Source: Raphidiopsis brookii D9 (lineage in GTDB: Bacteria; Cyanobacteriota; Cyanobacteriia; Cyanobacteriales; Nostocaceae). From it: 32,000 bases of DNA. Shown in pieces: positions 29,196 to 32,000 of the stretch. The notes under the pieces are model-generated. The model had not been told where the DNA came from and did not search any database. It saw nothing but the letters and a program-made list of their open reading frames with translations. Each line of letters begins with the position of its first letter. Within the stretch, counting starts at the first letter, position 1. The position numbers and the translations under genes were made by a program. The DNA is taken from assembly GCA_000175855.1 (NCBI GenBank), contig ACYB01000031.1, positions 176,237-208,236 of the forward strand, written 5' to 3'.

Positions 29196-30854
29196 TTAGA
29201 AGCTGAAGGTGGTACGTATTGTACCTACAAGGATGTTGGGGTTACTCTGGCTGTGTTGAGGATCTAGAATCACTAAGAGACCTGGGGTAACGAGAATATT
29301 GTCAGAAACCTTGATTTTATACAGACCTTCTAAGTGGTAGGAAGTATCAGTTTCTCCGCTTAATTTGGGAGGTTGACCAAAAACCAAGCCCAGGGTGTTG
29401 CCTTCTCTTAGTAAGTCTTTAAATGCCACATTACCAGCCCAGTACCAAACATTTCCACTGGTGGAATTAGGTCCCAAGCTGTTAACATTTGTGTAGCCTA
29501 ACCAACCGCCTAGTGAAATCTTAGGAGTAGCCTTAAAGTTCACTTGCAAACCATAGTTACTGGCTTCGAAACCTGTAGCGGATCCAAATCTTTGTCTAGC
29601 TACAGTACCACCACTAGTATCACCGAAGAGTCTATTAAACGCATTTGTTATTCGTTGTTCTGCTGTTGTTCCTGTTGTACTAACTACTGTTTCGTAGGCA
29701 CGGGAGTAGGTAAGACCAACATTAACAGATTCAGTTGGCTTAAAGGCCACCTGACCAAAAATGGTGCTGGGGCCTTCAAAGAATCCATTACTAGCTCCTG
29801 GATCGGAAGCACTAGCTCCTCTAGCATAATAACCAGCACCAATGGTGACAGCGTCATTAGCTTTGAAGTTTACACCAACACCAGATCCAGCTCCACGATA
29901 GATGGGGCTAAAACGTCCATAGCGGGAGATAGATCCCGAACCACTGCTCTTGAAGTCGGGGTTGAACTGTCCAAAGTTATCATCTAAGTCAGCACCTATG
30001 GCATCAATCTTCACACTAAGATTGGGCAGGGGGTTGAAGGCGTAGTTAAGTTTGTCAATGGTAATTGAGTTACCAGTACCACCTTCATAACTTAATCGAG
30101 CCATGTTGGTACCTGTGGCACCTGGAGCTGAAGTAGTAACAGGAGCAGTAACAGGACCAGTAGTTGTAGTAGAATTCAAATTGAAAACATTCCCAGCATT
30201 CAAACGAGTTTGCAACTTATCATTACCGCTAAAGCTGCTTTCCAAAGTCAACCTTACCCGATCAGAGAAAGTGAAGTTGGAATCTAAATCTGTACGCGGA
30301 GTACCAGCTATACCCCTTCCAAAGGCTTGGGTAAGACCAAAAATAGCTTCACCCTTGAGTTTGGTGGTGGTGGAAAACTGATTAGCTTCTAACTCACCAG
30401 TACGGGCTTCTAAGGCATCAACTTGACCACGGAGAGTAGCCAATTCAGCAGAAAATTCTTCTTGTAAACGCTGTAAAGTTGCCAAGTCTTCCTTCTTAAC
30501 TGCATCAGCTGTTGAAGAAGCAATTAACTCACTAACTCTTTCCAAACAAGCGTTTAAACTAGCCGCAAATTCAAAGCGGTTTAGAGTGCGATTACCACGG
30601 AATGTACCATCGGGATAACCAGCAATACAATTATAACGCTCAACTAAAGATTGCAATGCTTGGAATGCCCAATCTCTTGGTTGTACGTCACGAAACTGAG
30701 AAACAGAAGTTGTTTGACTAATCTTATCAGAGGACAATTGAGCAACGCTAGTGGTTGGCTCTTTCACTTCATTAGCTAATACGCCGTTTGCAGAAAGGAT
30801 AGTAGCTGCAACAACCGGACTCACTCTGAGAACATTCCAGAATAGTTTTGTCAT
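29196..30854 (-). CDS. SLH-domain, OprB-type outer-membrane porin (cyanobacterial 'iron uptake porin' family)
   Basis: Signal-like N-terminus, SLH domain (FRDVQPRDWAFQALQSLVERYNCIAGYPDGTFRGNRTLNRFEFAASLNA), coiled-coil, then beta-rich porin domain ending ...ILVGTIRTTFSF. ATG at 30854 preferred over GTG at 30872. Confidence 0.88.
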   Translation of the reverse strand: MTKLFWNVLRVSPVVAATILSANGVLANEVKEPTTSVAQLSSDKISQTTSVSQFRDVQPRDWAFQALQSLVERYNCIAGYPDGTFRGNRTLNRFEFAASLNACLERVSELIASSTADAVKKEDLATLQRLQEEFSAELATLRGQVDALEARTGELEANQFSTTTKLKGEAIFGLTQAFGRGIAGTPRTDLDSNFTFSDRVRLTLESSFSGNDKLQTRLNAGNVFNLNSTTTTGPVTAPVTTSAPGATGTNMARLSYEGGTGNSITIDKLNYAFNPLPNLSVKIDAIGADLDDNFGQFNPDFKSSGSGSISRYGRFSPIYRGAGSGVGVNFKANDAVTIGAGYYARGASASDPGASNGFFEGPSTIFGQVAFKPTESVNVGLTYSRAYETVVSTTGTTAEQRITNAFNRLFGDTSGGTVARQRFGSATGFEASNYGLQVNFKATPKISLGGWLGYTNVNSLGPNSTSGNVWYWAGNVAFKDLLREGNTLGLVFGQPPKLSGETDTSYHLEGLYKIKVSDNILVTPGLLVILDPQHSQSNPNILVGTIRTTFSF

Positions 30855-31087
30855 GTTTTTACCTTTTCTCACACCTAAAGAAAATCAGGAGATTTAAATG
30901 CCTATCATCAAATCCTTTCGGGATTCAGGGAATTTACATATCATACCCTTAATGACTACTATACACTATTTTTGTTCCGGAACACAAAATTTATAAATTT
31001 TAATTTTTTTATAGTAATGGTCAGTCCCAGCTACCCAGGAGAAGAGGCCAGCCAGATTACCTACCTGGATAGAGATAATTTTGGCGG

Positions 31088-31672
31088 TCAATCTTGCTGC
31101 AAATCCTGGGTCAACCGGAGAATAATACTCCGTTTATGACGTGATATTTTTCCCTGGGTCTCAAATTTCTGCAACAGTCTGGTAATAGTCACTCTTGTTG
31201 TGTTCAACACCTCTGAAATATCTTGATGGGTCAGGTTCAAATCAATCAACTTACCCCGTTCCAAATCCCTACCAAATTTATTCCCTAACCACAGCAAAAA
31301 ATGCCACAATCTTAACGATGTGGGCTTACAATGCAGTATATGTAAGATTTGTTCAGTTTGTTGAATATGGGATAATAACGCTTTAAGATCTTCATGCCAA
31401 AGATCTGGTGGTATGATTGTTGCTTCTACACTGGTCAAACACTGAATTTGGTAGGGTGTGACCTTTGATAAGACATGACCAGTAATATCTCCAGGACCCC
31501 AATAACCAAGAGTTATAGCTGTTCCCTCCTCATCCCAAGTCAGTGTGCGCACCACACCGCGCTCAATCCGCCACAGAACATCATTTTTGATCGGAATGAT
31601 TGAGTGCTGGGTAAGTATCTGTTGCGCCAAATGCTTTCTTGGTAGATGGATGATATTTTCAGTAGGGTTCAT
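31088..31672 (-). CDS. Crp/Fnr-family transcriptional regulator
   Basis: 194 aa; cyclic-nucleotide-binding-like N-terminus (RIERGVVRTLTWDEEGTAITLGYWGPGDITG) and HTH (LTHQDISEVLNTTRVTITRLLQKFETQGKISRHKRSIIL). Confidence 0.85.
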   Translation of the reverse strand: MNPTENIIHLPRKHLAQQILTQHSIIPIKNDVLWRIERGVVRTLTWDEEGTAITLGYWGPGDITGHVLSKVTPYQIQCLTSVEATIIPPDLWHEDLKALLSHIQQTEQILHILHCKPTSLRLWHFLLWLGNKFGRDLERGKLIDLNLTHQDISEVLNTTRVTITRLLQKFETQGKISRHKRSIILRLTQDLQQD

Positions 31673-31884
31673 TGCCAGAAATGCCAGAAGAGGTTATTAG
31701 TTACTGCAAGATTAAATGCTTACATCTTAATAATTAAAGGTTAAGAATGAGTTATCATCCGGTAAAAAATTGAAACCAGCTTAGAATCCCCTGTGTCTCT
31801 TAGGTCTACCAAACACCACCATCGTGTCGGGAACCAGTTTAATTTTGTTAGTACTCTTGAATCTACTGGCACTGCTGGAACTTC

Positions 31885-31917
31885 AAAAAATCCGAGAGTC
31901 AGTTGAGAGCTAACTCT
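31885..31917 (-). terminator. Candidate Rho-independent terminator on the minus strand
   Basis: Minus strand AGAGTTAG-CTCTCAA-CTGACTCT (8-bp stem with one G-U), then CGGA and TTTTTT. Confidence 0.45.
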
Positions 31918-32000
31918 ACCAGGAGGAGAGTTTTTAAAAACCCCCTCCCGAAGGTATGCTGATGCAGGTAACAGTTTATTCAAGTCCAGTAATATCAATA

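Noticed and set aside
31741-31998. 85-aa minus-strand ORF (MILLDLNKLLPASAYLREGVFKNSPP...)
   Set aside because: No motif, odd composition, and it overlaps a terminator-like hairpin at 31885-31917. More likely a non-coding or upstream-gene trailer region.

Overview
The window is a cyanobacterial chromosomal segment: psaE, HIP1 octamers, the groESL operon with CIRCE plus a K-box-like element, an SLH/OprB-type porin, and a Ycf29-like regulator. Most of it is core or housekeeping: glmS (cut by the window edge), mutM, psaE, leuD, leuC, murQ, amt, rsmE, a Rieske protein, a TPP enzyme with an aldehyde dehydrogenase (probable 2-oxoglutarate decarboxylase and SSADH of the cyanobacterial TCA bypass), an M23/LysM peptidase, cobK, an RDD-pentapeptide protein, groES, groEL, a porin and a Crp-family regulator. 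The best candidate for an uncharacterised system is the same-strand cluster at 16787-23558. It encodes a large dynamin-like GTPase (with a non-canonical G4 motif), an actin/Hsp70-fold ATPase split by one homopolymer indel, and an orphan 376-aa protein, possibly preceded by a small secreted protein. A TnpB gene without tnpA, short at its N-terminus, lies at 24646-25701. Important caveat: eight apparent single-base homopolymer length errors in five genes (leuC, aldehyde dehydrogenase, M23 peptidase, Hsp70-like gene, 28.4-29.1 kb gene) suggest sequencing or assembly artefacts rather than true gene decay.
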